A stretch of DNA of 64,000 nt from Laetmonice hystrix (lineage: Eukaryota): contig OZ249436.1 in the NCBI GenBank assembly GCA_965235115.1, forward strand, positions 28,956,001-29,020,000, given 5' to 3'. Both the position numbers and the translations under genes were made by a program. Below are positions 26,510 through 39,600 of the stretch, in pieces. Position 1 is the first letter of the stretch. The number at the start of each line of letters is the position of its first letter. Below the pieces are notes generated by a model that saw only the letters and a list, made by a program, of their open reading frames with translations, made no database searches and was not told the DNA's origin.

Positions 26510-26820
26510 GGACCATACTTCACTGAAAACATACGACGTCATCAAAAGCGTAGTTTGACCTCAGTTGCCCTATAAAATACAGGGCATGATTAATGTTTCT
26601 TTCACGGAATCAATGGCGTACCAATTCATGTTAATGAGATAAGAAAAAGTTGACGATTCGAAAAAGGCATTGCTATTTTCAATTTTAATGAATGAAAGGA
26701 TTGTTTCAGGCAGAAAGAGTGCAAACTTCAAACTGGGTCAAAGGTTGAATTATGACCTTCGTTAGCTCGTGACGTACTACACAGGTGCTCGCATCCATGA
26801 ATGATCCGGATCCTTCAGTG
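26510..26820. promoter_or_regulatory. Probable bidirectional promoter of GBA2/RGP1, with a putative non-coding first exon of RGP1 ending at 26820
   Basis: Lies between the divergent genes. Contains CTCGTGACGT (E-box/CRE-like) and GGGTCAAAGGTTG (nuclear-receptor DR1-like). A plus-strand donor G|GTGAGA follows 26820, and the RGP1 ATG exon has an acceptor (TTTCAG) 4 nt upstream of the ATG, so an upstream exon is likely. Confidence 0.55.
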
Positions 26821-27740
26821 GTGAGAGAGAGTATACAGATTTATCTCTACTTATGCTCGGTTGGGATTTACCAGCCTTCCTTTCCGTGAAATTGATCTAA
26901 TATAGATAATGAAGAACTTATGAACAGCACTCTGTATTGTTTTAGTTCGCCTCTGGTGACGGTTTCAAACAATTCTCACACTCACAGTCAGTAGCGAATG
27001 TAACGGGTGTTACACGGTAGTACTGACTGTTACAAATAGTGTTACTGACTGTGTTACTGTTACTGTTGACGTTACTTTCTGTTGAGTGTTGTTATTACTA
27101 GATTCTAGTGTTAGTGTTACTCGTTACTAACTGTCACGGTTACCCACTACCCCATGCCACTCGGCTTCTATACTACAGTGACACTGACGTACAGTAACAG
27201 CCTATACGCACTATACGCATGTGCGTATAATAGGAAATTTTTTTTTATGCTTAAATAAACAAATCAGCTCTAAAATCCGACCTGACTTTGTCTTTGGTAA
27301 CGTAACTCGTTCGAACCAGCACTACTTTCCGACGTCTGCCAACATTGCACTTCTGGCTCTCTAGTGAATGCCCCTCGTGTATTCACTACCTTTAAAACTC
27401 TGTGCGTATACTGAAAAATATTTCTGCAGGCGCCCCTGCCTAGGCTATGCGTAATACCGGCGTATGTGTAAAATTGAGATCCACACAGGTGTATCGCAGT
27501 AGAAAATGCTGGTGACGCATCCATAATATTCAATTTATTGTTTGACCTGAAATGACCATGTTATTTTTCTCATTTGCTGTTTTGAATTTTGGTGGTAGGC
27601 CTAATACTGGTAATGGTACACTGGAATACCCAACAGCTCTGCCCCTGTGCTTCTCTGCCTCTTCCACCCCCCCCCCCCCCCCCCCACGGCACTGACATCT
27701 CCGCCCCTTGAAAACTCACCGGCAGGGCCAGACACCACAT

Positions 27741-28054
27741 TGACTGGTTCCCTGCTCAACTCCTATCGGAGATAGAGACAGGTATACAGCAGCGCGTTAG
27801 CCCATTTCATTGGCTGAAGAGCGACTCGCTTCTTATTGGTGCACATCGATGCCAAATGTTTTTTCCTAAGTCTACTGATTGTGACGTGACAATATCACCA
27901 TGGTCATATGGCCTGTTGCTGGGTGACCTGTCGCCCTGGGTTGGTTTTTTTTTGACGTCACAACTCCGATTCGGGCAGAAATCTGCTCGTTTTTGCTTGA
28001 TGTGTACCTGTCTCTATCTCCGAGGGGCGGGAGGAGTGAGCAGGGGACTAGTCA
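27741..28054. mobile_element. Foldback element with about 44-bp imperfect TIRs
   Basis: TGACTGGTTCCCTGCTCAACTCCTATCGGAGATAGAGACAGGTA / TACCTGTCTCTATCTCCGA...AGGAGTGAGCAGGGGACTAGTCA. Confidence 0.7.
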
Positions 28055-28907
28055 GGGCACCACAGGCACCTGCTGTCGCACTTGCTGACCATGGCATACT
28101 TAGCCATACCCAGCCAGGGCCGCGGGAGCCATATTCAGGTTAGTCCGTCATCTTCGCCCGTACCCAGGGGGGGTTCCAGGGGCCAATCCTGGGTACGGGC
28201 CTGATATTGCTATGCCTATAGGCCATGACAATTTGGAGTTGTTATGCCACCACCAATGGTCTTGTCATGTCTGGGACCTATGTGTGTCCCTCAGCTCATT
28301 ATTGAAGGGGGGTGGGCTATAAACTTTCCTGGGCTGTCGGGCCCTTGACCATGGAGCGGGGCTCTCAATGCTGGGGAGTGGACATATCGGTGCCTGAGGT
28401 CCATTTCACTAAGATTGGCGATCGCCAATTTTTTTTGATATATAATTTTTGCCAAATCTAGCAAACGTGGCGATGATTCCTTCAGGCTGTTTCACCAACA
28501 CTCACCAGATAACTTCGCAACTATTTATCTATTGTGCCATTGTCACTTGTCTATCATGGGCCCAAACACGCTGGGCGTGCGCATTGCCGAGCGTTGCCTG
28601 CACGCGCGTGGGACCACGTGCGTGCACGTGCGTGACATGAATAGAATAGAATATTAGTATCGAAAACAATAGTAGAGATGGTTCCATTTAGGCCTACTAA
28701 CTCTTTGAACTATGACATACTTGTTGAAAAGATGACACAGACAAGCTGATAGAGGTCAATTAGGCCTACTAAAAACAGTACAAATGCTGACGTGGGAAAA
28801 TACCATTGTGTTTTTTAACATCGATGGGATGGCTGTGATGTCTAAGGTCTATCTTAAGCCTTTCAACTGGACCCTGAAGCATTATTTCTCTTATGGCTAT
28901 ATACCTG

Positions 28908-30356
28908 GGGCCGGTTCCTCGGTCGCGCGCCTAAGTACGACTTGGCATAGTAGCAAGTTAGCTGGGCAGTGCCCATTCCCAAAAATGGGTTCCTCAGTCG
29001 TCGAAAGAGTCACGCACAGCTAGGCACGCTAAGCCAAGAAAGTGGACCCTTCCGAATGCACGCGTCAGCGATTCGTATTTTCCGTCACACAACAGTGAAC
29101 CTCTCCCATACGGGAACAATAAAAGGAACTGGCTGACCTCTCCCGTGCCATTCGACGGGTAACCACAGCGGTCGAACAGTATGGCGACAAGGCTATTAGA
29201 GTTTCTATAATTTTAGGGAATTTTTGGATATTTTAAAAAAATGATCCCAATGATATCAGAATATTTTTTAGTCTGCTATGGAAACATTTTAAAACATTTT
29301 CTATCAGCATAAAATATCTTAATTAGGCCATTTTAATTAGAAGAGATGTCATGGAGTTGACACACTGTCACTGAATTTTTACCTCTAGACTCTAGTTGAG
29401 ATTTTGTCCCGGGGAGAACGCTAAGTACTTTAATGCCTAATTTGTATTTTATGTATTTTATGGATATTAGTGAAAAAATTAATTAATGGAAATCTATGTA
29501 CTACTCTACCTCTGTCTACATGTTATACCAGCGTGAAACAACAAATTGTCATGAAGTGACAATTATTAATGGGACAGCTCTTCAAATTAAATTCTCTACA
29601 GGATAGATATATAGGCCTATTCTGTATTTTTACTGTGTGTAATGTTACATCTGTATGACACTAAACAATAATTTCTGGTTATAATATTTTAAATACTTCT
29701 GAAAAATAACATCATATCCAATTCAAACAAAGATAATACATAGGGGACATAGCATTTTTGTGTTATGGAGTTACAATCCATAGTTGCACTGCCAATAGAA
29801 CTGTTTATTGTACATACCTTCCCACCACTGAGGACTTCATAAGCTGACATTGTGTTGCTTCCTGTCCTCAATATACCTCAATCTATACATGTATGATTTA
29901 TAATATAATAAAGTATGTTGCAAAGTTAGTTGTAATGGATACTTAACATATTTAAAAAACATAGATTAGCACCCATATTATACTTTCAGACCACTGGGAC
30001 ACAATTTTCCCTAAAAATATGGAAACCCTCCTATATACCTCCAGTGGGTTTGAGGGGTCTGGCAACCTTCGTTGTATGCGTTGTCTGTCGAGGATCATCA
30101 AAAATCGCCGAATTCGAAAGCCCTCGTCCTCCATTTCGGTACATGCAAGCCACTGACCGGGCCGCTTTGCTCACTGTGCCGGTCAGCTCTGCACGATCGG
30201 CACTCGGTGACCGTTAAGTAACCTCCCCACCTGACTTAGGCAAGTAATGGTTAAGATAGGCTCAGCATATCTTAACGCGACTGAGGAACGGTTAAGTAAC
30301 ATTTTTGGATGATATCTTGGTCTAAGTAATACTTAGCGCGACTGAGGAACCAGCCC
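28908..30356 (-). mobile_element. Internally deleted PIF/Harbinger transposon with a probable remnant of the transposase N-terminus
   Basis: CTG|GGGCCGGTTCCTCGGTCGCG ... CGCGACTGAGGAACCAGCCC|CTG (CWG TSD). ORF 30134-29952 (RQRIQRRLPDPSNPLEVY) resembles the 'RR...DRSNPLE.Y' start of Harbinger/HARBI1 nucleases. Confidence 0.75.
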
Positions 30357-30642
30357 CTGGACTTTTTTCTGGCCATCACGTCAAGCAACGTCATCTGGCC
30401 AGAATACAGGCCAATCGGTATATTTTACTATGCATACATCTGCTAGAAATTCGACTAATCAGTTCCAAAGGCTTAGCTTAGAACTAACTCTAAGACTATG
30501 GGATCATGACTGAGTTTGACCATTTGTCAAACTTATTACAAGCAAACACTTGACTGGGGCCTAACTTTGTTGTTCAATTAAAGGAAACATATATTTTTTT
30601 TTTAAGATTCTCCAATTTGAATTTTGTTAAAATTTCAGAGGC

Positions 30643-33600
30643 ATGATTGAGGTGACTGCCAAGTTGCCAGGAAGGTCTGTCTTCCTGGCAGGGGAGACGC
30701 TGGAATGCCTTGTCACCTTTACCAATGTTGTCAGACTTCGTCCTGATGGAAGCCCAGCCAAGTAAGTTAAATTAAACTTAAAAAAATATGTGGTGAATTT
30801 ACTGCAACTCCGAGGGTGATTTGCAGGCTGGATAGAAATACTTTCTTGATTGACTTGATTCAAAAGCCATGTTTTGCATGATTGAAAAAACTTTTTTTAT
30901 TAGTGTCACTGTACTTTGTGAAAACTTTCAAACTAAACCTAACACAGTGTCTCAATGGTTTTTCAAGCAAGGCTTTATTGTAATGGGTAAGGGTTATGTT
31001 TGTTATAGATGTGGGTACTAACAATAACACATAAGATATGAATAGTTGATTACAAAGCAAAAAACTTTGGATTTTTCAGAGGAAAACCTGCCAAACTTGC
31101 ATGGGCTAGCACCCAGATTCATTGCCAGTGTTCTGTCAGTGAGACTCGCATGTTTCTTCCAAAGGCAGCAAGACTCTCTGCGGCTGATGTCACAACAACT
31201 GGAAATGACACATCTTTCATTCCTAGTAAAGGTAACCCTTAGTTTCTTCATAAGCAGCATTCTCACCAGCCTTTTTCTGCATAATGGGTAGCCGTTGACT
31301 CTCCCCATTACACTGCCGTGTTAGGGTCGTTAGAGGACTCGTAGAGATTTTGCAAAATCCCTTCAAATAAAGAAACGGCACTGATTCGTATCTCTACAAA
31401 TACATGATTACTTCCCTTTACATCTGACGGCGTGCAGCGCACAGTTTAGGAAGTAATGCACACCTTCTGTAATATATTACGGCCGTTTTTATACCCTGAA
31501 CCGAAGATTTGTTCCTGTCCGCCATTGTTGTTTGTCGGTACTGCGCATGTGCAAATGGAACTGGAACCAGCTGATTCATGTTATCATTGTGGCGAACGGT
31601 GGCGAATGCATGCCGAATGGCAATGGAGAGTTTCAAAAAGTTGGACTGAACTTACCACAAAAGTCCTGACAAGTCAAAATCACGTTCGGAATAGACAATT
31701 CCTTGACCAAGATCCTAGCGAACACTATACACATTAACATGGGCATTTTATTGTAAGTAGACATCGTGACAGGGGTTTGAAATCGGCGTTGAAACCGAGC
31801 CAACCCACGCATTTGCCTTTTGGTAAATTCTCTATGGCTTGTCCCACATCCTTAACGCAGAGCTTTTAAGGGTGGCCACGTCTACATAATGGGCTGCTAC
31901 ATTGTGTATGGGAAATTACGCTGTCTTTTACTAGTTTTAGGCTGCTACAGGGGCATTCCACAGTAAACTGGACATGACTTGGCATAATTTCAAAATATTT
32001 CTATTTATGTGAAGTGGGTATATAATGATAGCTAAGACATTTAAGCTTTATGTCAGATTTTTTTTTTCTCCATTTTTTCATTAACCACTGCCCGGGGGCC
32101 TTGAAATGTGCCCCCTTGGCCAAATTCAATGTTGCGGACGGGACAATATTATTCTTTCAGCAATTTAAGATACCTTTAGTCTGAAAAATGAAGCTATTCA
32201 AGACATAAAGTGGGAGTGGTACTGAAGTAGACTAGTATATTGTCTGCAGTTCTGTGACCTCTGTTTCAACGTAAAGGTCATTCCAACTCATAAGTGTCCC
32301 GTCCGCAACGATTTGAGTAAGAAAAGTTTTCATGACGCAATGACAAGTGATGGAAAATCTCAAATTCAGTAATAAGTTTCTGATTTTATTTGTTATTCAT
32401 TGCTTAGTTGTGTTATTGAGGCTCTTTGAACAAGATACATTTTTAGAAAAGAGTTTAGATTTTTGTTGCGGATGGGACATTTTGTTGCGGACGGGACATT
32501 CCATGCAGAGCCGTCTGGTGATTAATTTATAACGTGATCATGTGATGATCATAAGTGACCCCATCATCTCTATTGAACATAAGTGAGCCCATCTCATAAG
32601 TAAGCCCATCATCTTTAAAGACGTTATATCATCTCTGAGAGGGCATGCCTGCAATTTGAGGTCAGTTTTTTTATCCAACGTCATCTCCTAACATCTGCCT
32701 TCATTTCCTTGCTGATGATACATTTTGGTGACCTAGAATATATTGAAGTAACATTTAACATCCAAAACAGCTTTGTTCCTAATATAAACAGATAAAAAGA
32801 TGATGGAAGTATCAAATATGACTTGTTAAGTGCGATAGCTAAAATCCTTTTCCATACCAGCCTGATACAATGTGTTTTAGGACCGGTAGGACCCTGTACT
32901 AATAAGCATGATTTAGTGGCTGGAGCCCTATGGCGCTGGTCCACAAGCGATCATCTCTGAAATTGCAGGCCTGCCAGTGAAACAATCTATAAAAACATGT
33001 ATTTTAAAATCAAGCCTATTTTTTTTTAAAAAGACCTCTAAAACCTATAAAAACCTATTATTTAACAAATACCGAACCACCACACAACATTATCATTAGC
33101 AACCAAAAAAATTGAGTCATAATATTGATATTTTGGCATTTATAAAATCTCTAAACATCTCATGGTAAGGATCCCATGGATGGTGTGGGTGGGGAGGTGA
33201 AGCGGGCTGTTTGGCGCTTAGTTCTACAGCGACATGAACAGTGGCAGATCCAGGATTTCAGAAATGGGGGCCCTACTTTTGTTGGATAACCAGTGGCCCA
33301 TTTTGGGGGGTCTGGGGGCCCTCCCCGGAATTTGTTTTCAGAAAATTTTCAGGAGTGTCGAAAACATGTTTTTTTAAACATAGAAAATAGGCAAGAGTTT
33401 GGAAAATGGGGGGGGGGGGGGGCCCGGGCCGGGTTGCCCCCCCCCCCCCCCCCCCCCGGATCTGCCACTGGACTGAAGTGGTCACAAGTGCCCAACACTT
33501 TGCCAAGGAAAAGTAATGTACAAGGGTTTTTTTCCCTATTTCCAGGATCATGATGATTGCAATCTGCATATTATTAGTCCCAGGCTTTAAACGAAGGGGA

Positions 33601-36600
33601 TAGGATTTCCCTTTTAATTTTATCAACCCTTTTCCATTGGTATATATGCTGGACCAATTTTAACCACATTTGGCACAAGTGCCTCTCCCCGATGAAGCCC
33701 ATGATATAAATGTGCCATACCGGTACCTGTATGTTTCTTCGAAACATATATGTCTTAAATTGGTTCAAGACTGTTCTTAAAAAGCCTTGAAAAGGTCTTA
33801 AATTTGCTTGTCTGGTTGCTGAAGGAACCATGTAGCAGTGATCGGAGACTTTTGCATGGCAACTTGGGACTCTTTTGCCTCTGGCCAGGGAGGTGTCAAC
33901 AGTGTCGTACGTATAGTCGTTTAAGTCTTTAAAGACTGAACATTATGTGTACAACTGTTGAAAAGTACTAGTGATTGTTATTAAAACAAATAAAAATGTC
34001 ATTTGTTCTTGATTATTGTTGATAAAAATATAAATTTATTTAAAGTTCTTAAACAAGCCAGAACTGGATTTTTGTCCCATCCGCAACGTCCCGTCCGCAA
34101 CAGAAAGTGTTTTCAAAAATGTGATAATCAAAATATACTTGAAAGAGATAATTTTTTACCACACTATTTTTTAAGTACTTAACTCCTCAATTTATCTTAT
34201 TCTTCTGACAAATGGGATATTATTCAGAAAAATTCACAGGAATACAGAATTTAATAATTGTGTTGTGAAGATGTATTTTCTCTGGTCCCGTCCGCAACGG
34301 ACTAAACATGCATGTATAATTTTATTTCCCTGCATACAGGCATGGAATTTAATTTGTAAGGTGCTACACTGAAACAATGTAAATAACTTCCATTAACTTT
34401 TATCCCAAAATCTGATGGAGATTTAAAGTAAAAAAAAAATTAAGTCTCCAAATGTCCCGTCCGCAACATTCAAAATACTGTGGAATGCCCCTACACTGTC
34501 TCTTGAACAGCATAGCAGTAAAAACCTGTTTAAATTCAACAGAACCCACAGGAATACCAGTCAAATGTTGATCGTTTACTGTCCAATTTAGCAAATCTTT
34601 TTCATAGGGGTCAGCCATATTTGTATGTATTCACAATGTTACTGCGCATATCTTGGTGCAGTTCTTAATAACTTCTTATTCTCAATGTACTGCGATCTTT
34701 TATCCTAACAGTCGATGTGCTATTTATAGACGTCAGTTCCTATGGTACAGCACAGGAACTTACGTCTATAAATAGCACATCGACCATTAGGATGGAAAGC
34801 CTATCGTAACCATGCTGAAGGACGAGACTGTTGTTTTAAATTTCACTACATTTTCTGGGTAAAAAGTTGCCAAAACAGCCCTGAAAGGTTACTTGCCCCC
34901 TTGGCTTTGTACTCGTCCCGACATTGTTTTCACTTGCCTAGGCAAGCAGGTGAGCGGATCCCAACACAGAAAAAAACCCTTCCTCATTATTGACCTAAAC
35001 ATCCTTGAAATAGGAAAGCTGTGGTTGCAGGTCATCTTGGTTGATTTAGTTATGGTAAAAATAATAAGTTAAATATATTTAACATTGATCATAAAGGATC
35101 GGGGGGGGGGGGTGGCAGTTGTTAGACTGAGGGATCTTTGATCTAAAGATTCCGGGTTCGAGCCGCATCCACGCTGGACTTTCCTGCATAGCAGTGCTGC
35201 CAACCGCTTTATCAAAGGCCGGCCATGTCACAATGCGTCTATGTTGAGGGTCACATTAAAGAGGCATTCTAAAATGCACCTTTTTTGGGATTTCCGGCGA
35301 TTATCCAACATGACCGTGTACTAGGGGACTAAGTAAATAATCCTCCACAGCATTTTGTCCTCTGACGTGTTTTCGCTGCTTATGCAGCACAAGTAGGTTT
35401 TATACTACCAAACTGATAGATTGCTCCCGAAAGCACATCTCCCGCCATAACTTGGGAGACAACCTCCCATCAACCCGTATAAATGCGTACTGTGTCACAT
35501 CCTGTGTGTGCACTCTCTGCAAACTTGTTCCTACCGCGCATGCACGACCTCTGACCTCTGCCGTTGGAGAGTGGGTGCTGGGTCACGTGCTTCCCTTAGT
35601 TGTAAACAATTCAGCAGCTGTACTCGGCATCGTTCGGCATCAGAATGCCACCCAAAAAATATTTTACAGAATCGGCAGGGAACCGGACAAGGAAAGAAAG
35701 ATACAGAAGTTGAAAAAGATAGCAAGTCAATCTCGGAAACCAAGGCAAGTGGGTCGTTGGCGAGGTGGACCTCGAGTGTCGAGCGCAGGGATTAGCGGGC
35801 TGGCCAGCGTCTGGCCTAGGCTGCCTGTAGTGTAGATGCGGAGAGGGGAGGGGGGAGCGACACGTGGAACACGCTCGATTCGTTCCCGAGCCGCCATTGT
35901 TTCCGGACTCCTTCCACCACGATCGAGTGTCAGACAATTTCCTGACTGATAAAACTAAACGTACACGTGAAATATTCAGCGTTTATGCTCGCCATCTCAA
36001 TGTCCCGTTCGTAACTTCGTCAGCCATGCTTCAAAACAAACTGTCTGAGCATGCGTGAGGGTTCTGCGTGTCACGCGTGTCAATAAAATCCACGTGCAAA
36101 CGGTGGGTGGAGCCGTTTTTCCAGATGGCCAGCAAGGGGGCTCGAAAAACTTTGATTTTTCATGCAAAATGGAACTGATAGGTCTGTCTGTGTTTACGGA
36201 GCAATTTTTATGAAGGATCTCTTCATGAAAACAGCAAAAGTTCTTTGAAATACCGATTTTTCATGTTTCCCCATAATATGCACCTTTAAAGATCCCTTGG
36301 CATCTATCAATGAGAGTAGGGGTTCGCCCCGATGTCGGGTTTCCTCCTATTATCTCATCACCCAATGCCAATGGATTTCACCGATTAAGTGCCTTGGTCT
36401 TGCACTGACATAGCTGAATACTGGTGACTGGGCATTTTAACACTGGTCAACTACTCACTCACTCATAAGGGATGGCGAAATCTGAGGAACACATGATCTT
36501 ACAATATAAGATGATTTTTTGTCCTTAATGTGCATTGTGTTAGAAAGTTAATTTAGTTCTTTTTGTTCTAGGGGAGAAAGGCTGTTCTGTGCTAACCAGC

Positions 36601-39600
36601 AAGCCAACAATATTGTTCTGTGATCTTACATTAGCACCAGGAGAATCACAAACATGTAGGTACCAGTACATACCTCAGCAGCCTGTAATTATTATATGTG
36701 ACATCATGACGAAAACGCATTTTATTGCAACTCTTTTGATAAATTTAGAGTACGGTGTATCTTTGTTTCTCCGAGTGTATGTTAAAATGAGGTGTACCCT
36801 CAAGTAGCCTTAATAAGTCTTATTTTTCAGTTTTCAGTCATTGTGTTGCTTTTAAAAACAAGATGTGATTCATTAGCTTAATGCAAAATCTGCTACAGAT
36901 TCATATCAAGAAACTATCCCACTGGAAGCCCCACCTTCATTCCGTGGTACAGCCATCAAATACTCCTACAAGATCACCATTGGTACTCAGCGGTTTGACC
37001 ACCCAACGAAGCTCTTACGAGTGCCCTTCAGAGTTCTCATTGTACCAGGTGACTGAATCTCTGAGACTCTCAATATCTTCCATCATCTTGCCAATCACAG
37101 ATCTATGTATAGAAATACAGTGTGCTTCACAATGTGATATATAATATAATGCTGTAGGTGATACTGCTTTCTTCCCACAGGTCATCTTGAGTTGTTTTAT
37201 TTAAAAGTATAAAGTATATGATTTTTCTGTATACCAGCATGGTTATTTCATCCTTTTTTCACAATTTAGTTTGTTGCAGCAATGCATTTACTGTTTATTT
37301 ACAAGTACAGTGGTCCCCCTCTTAAAGACCACCCCTTATAAGCGACCACCCGCCTCTAGCGACCGCATTTCCATTGCATTAACCACTTCACACTATAATT
37401 CCACCCCTATAAGCGACCACCCGGTACTAACGACCAGCGACCGGCATATCCCTGCATCAACTCCACCGGTCACCCCTTATCAGCGACCAGCCTTTGAGAA
37501 TCAGCCAGCCGTGGCTAGTCATAACACTTGTCTCCCCATGCCCGCCTGCCTGGCACCCTGCTGACCTAACACCAACACCGCCCCCCACCCACCCACTTCC
37601 ATCCCACAATGGCCGGCCACGTGTCTCACCTTACCCGCCCGACTTCCATCACACGCCACGGTTTTGCTCCCCCTCCTACTACCATGCCTGTTGAAAAACG
37701 GTATGTCACCAACTGGCTGGTTGAAGCAACAAAATGTCTGAGGCAAACCAGACTCATGTATACACAGGTGCAGAGTACGATTTCCTACATATATGCCGTC
37801 TGACTAGGATCAGTCACCATTCAGATTCAATCTCTATTGCTGGACACATCACAGAAATGGCATCATCAAATCTCACTGGGAAGTCGCCACCTAGTGTTAA
37901 CTGTGTGTAGTTATCTCATATGCAGCCACCTGGTGGTAACTATGCGTACTTAACAACCCCTCGTTTAGGCGACCACCCGCCACTAGCGACCACTTTCTCT
38001 CTGCAGCAGGGGTGGTCGCTTATGAGGGGGACCACTGTACCATGTTTTATTGCTTGTAATTCAGGTGAGAATTGTTTTGGTAGAGTATTGGTTAGTTTAT
38101 GCCTTATGCTGGTAATAATATATTGTCCCCAGATTTACAAGATAAGGCCTTGACAGACCCTTGTAGTCATCCAGGTTAGTTTGATGAGACACTTCCAGTT
38201 TGTGGCATTAACTGTGCATGGCATTGCCATGTGAACTGCATGCTGAATGATAGATACAAGTACCCATTCATCCATAGCTATAGCAAATTAGCTTTTTGTT
38301 TTGTTCAGGTGCGTGTGATATTTTCTGATATGACGATGAATCCATTGACTTATATTATGACTTATATTAGTCCTGGTGAATGATGGCCAGTTAATTTGCA
38401 TCAATTTTGTCCTGCTAGTATCGAAATTGATATTTTGATAATATGGTGAAATATACATGTATTTAAAAATAATACCGAAGCCACACTGGAAATGCACGAG
38501 GTTCGTAAAAATCAGTCAGCCCAGGCATGCCTACCTCAGTACCTGTTAGAACCTTGGGAAAATGACAAAGTACTATCATGACCCAAACCTTTGGCCAAAC
38601 ATATGATTTTAGTTAATTTCTATGAATTATAATCATAATGTATGCGGTGGTGGAGTCATATCAGTAAGATCAGTGCTGCAGGCCGGCTTTGTAGGACTGT
38701 CAATCTTTGCCTAACTACTGTGAACAGCAGCTGGGTCTTATCTTGATCAACGTTGCCCTTTGAAATTGTGTTGCCGAGAGATGTAGCCTACATACTTTAT
38801 AGCAGCCTTCAAATTCCTTCCTTGGATTGGCCAAAAAAAATTGACAGTGCCTCGTCCAGCTTAGAGATTTGGAATTACAGTTTAGCTTACTAACAGTACC
38901 TTGCTCAGCCACATGATTTAAGGACGTCACAGTAACATTTTTGTTAAAGATGAGACATGAATTGAGCCAGAGTGAGAGAATTTTATATGCTTATGTTACC
39001 TTGGGGATATGATCGTGCACCTCCAAAGTAAGCTTGGGATCCACTGTTTATTAAGATTTGTTTATATCATTAATACGAGTCAACCTTACATCAGTGACTA
39101 GGGTTGTGTTCAGAAGAGAGCAAGGTAATAGTGTGTAATTGATGGATGCTGCCTGTTTTTAACAGGAAAGGGCTTTGGCTTGTAAAGGCCGGCTGCTGGG
39201 TCATGCAGTTTCATAGGATAGGAATCATGAAGAAGCTTAGCTTAAATTTGGCATGAACATTTGGGTCATGATTTTGTCATTGTTGGGGGTCGGGATAATT
39301 AATATGTTTAAATTTTGATGTTTTGTTACTTATTGAAGATGAGAATATTAATATGTTCAATAGTTTATTGATGAGAAATTTTGAAATGCTTCATAAAAAT
39401 AGAGTAAAGTTAATATCAATACGTATTAGATTTGCACTCTTCTCTTTTTCTTAGGGGCGGACCATTTGATACCTGATGGCGGGGGTTCTTCATGAGCAAA
39501 CTTTTTTTGCCACCAGGCCATAGCTATGTTTTTTCTGCTATGATCATTAATCAAACCTTTTTTTCTCCATTTCGACTATACTACATCTTTTTTTACATAT

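Noticed and set aside
35112..35175. tRNA-like sequence with A and B boxes
   Set aside because: There is no intact acceptor stem, and it continues into a SINE core and tail, so it is a SINE head rather than a tRNA gene.
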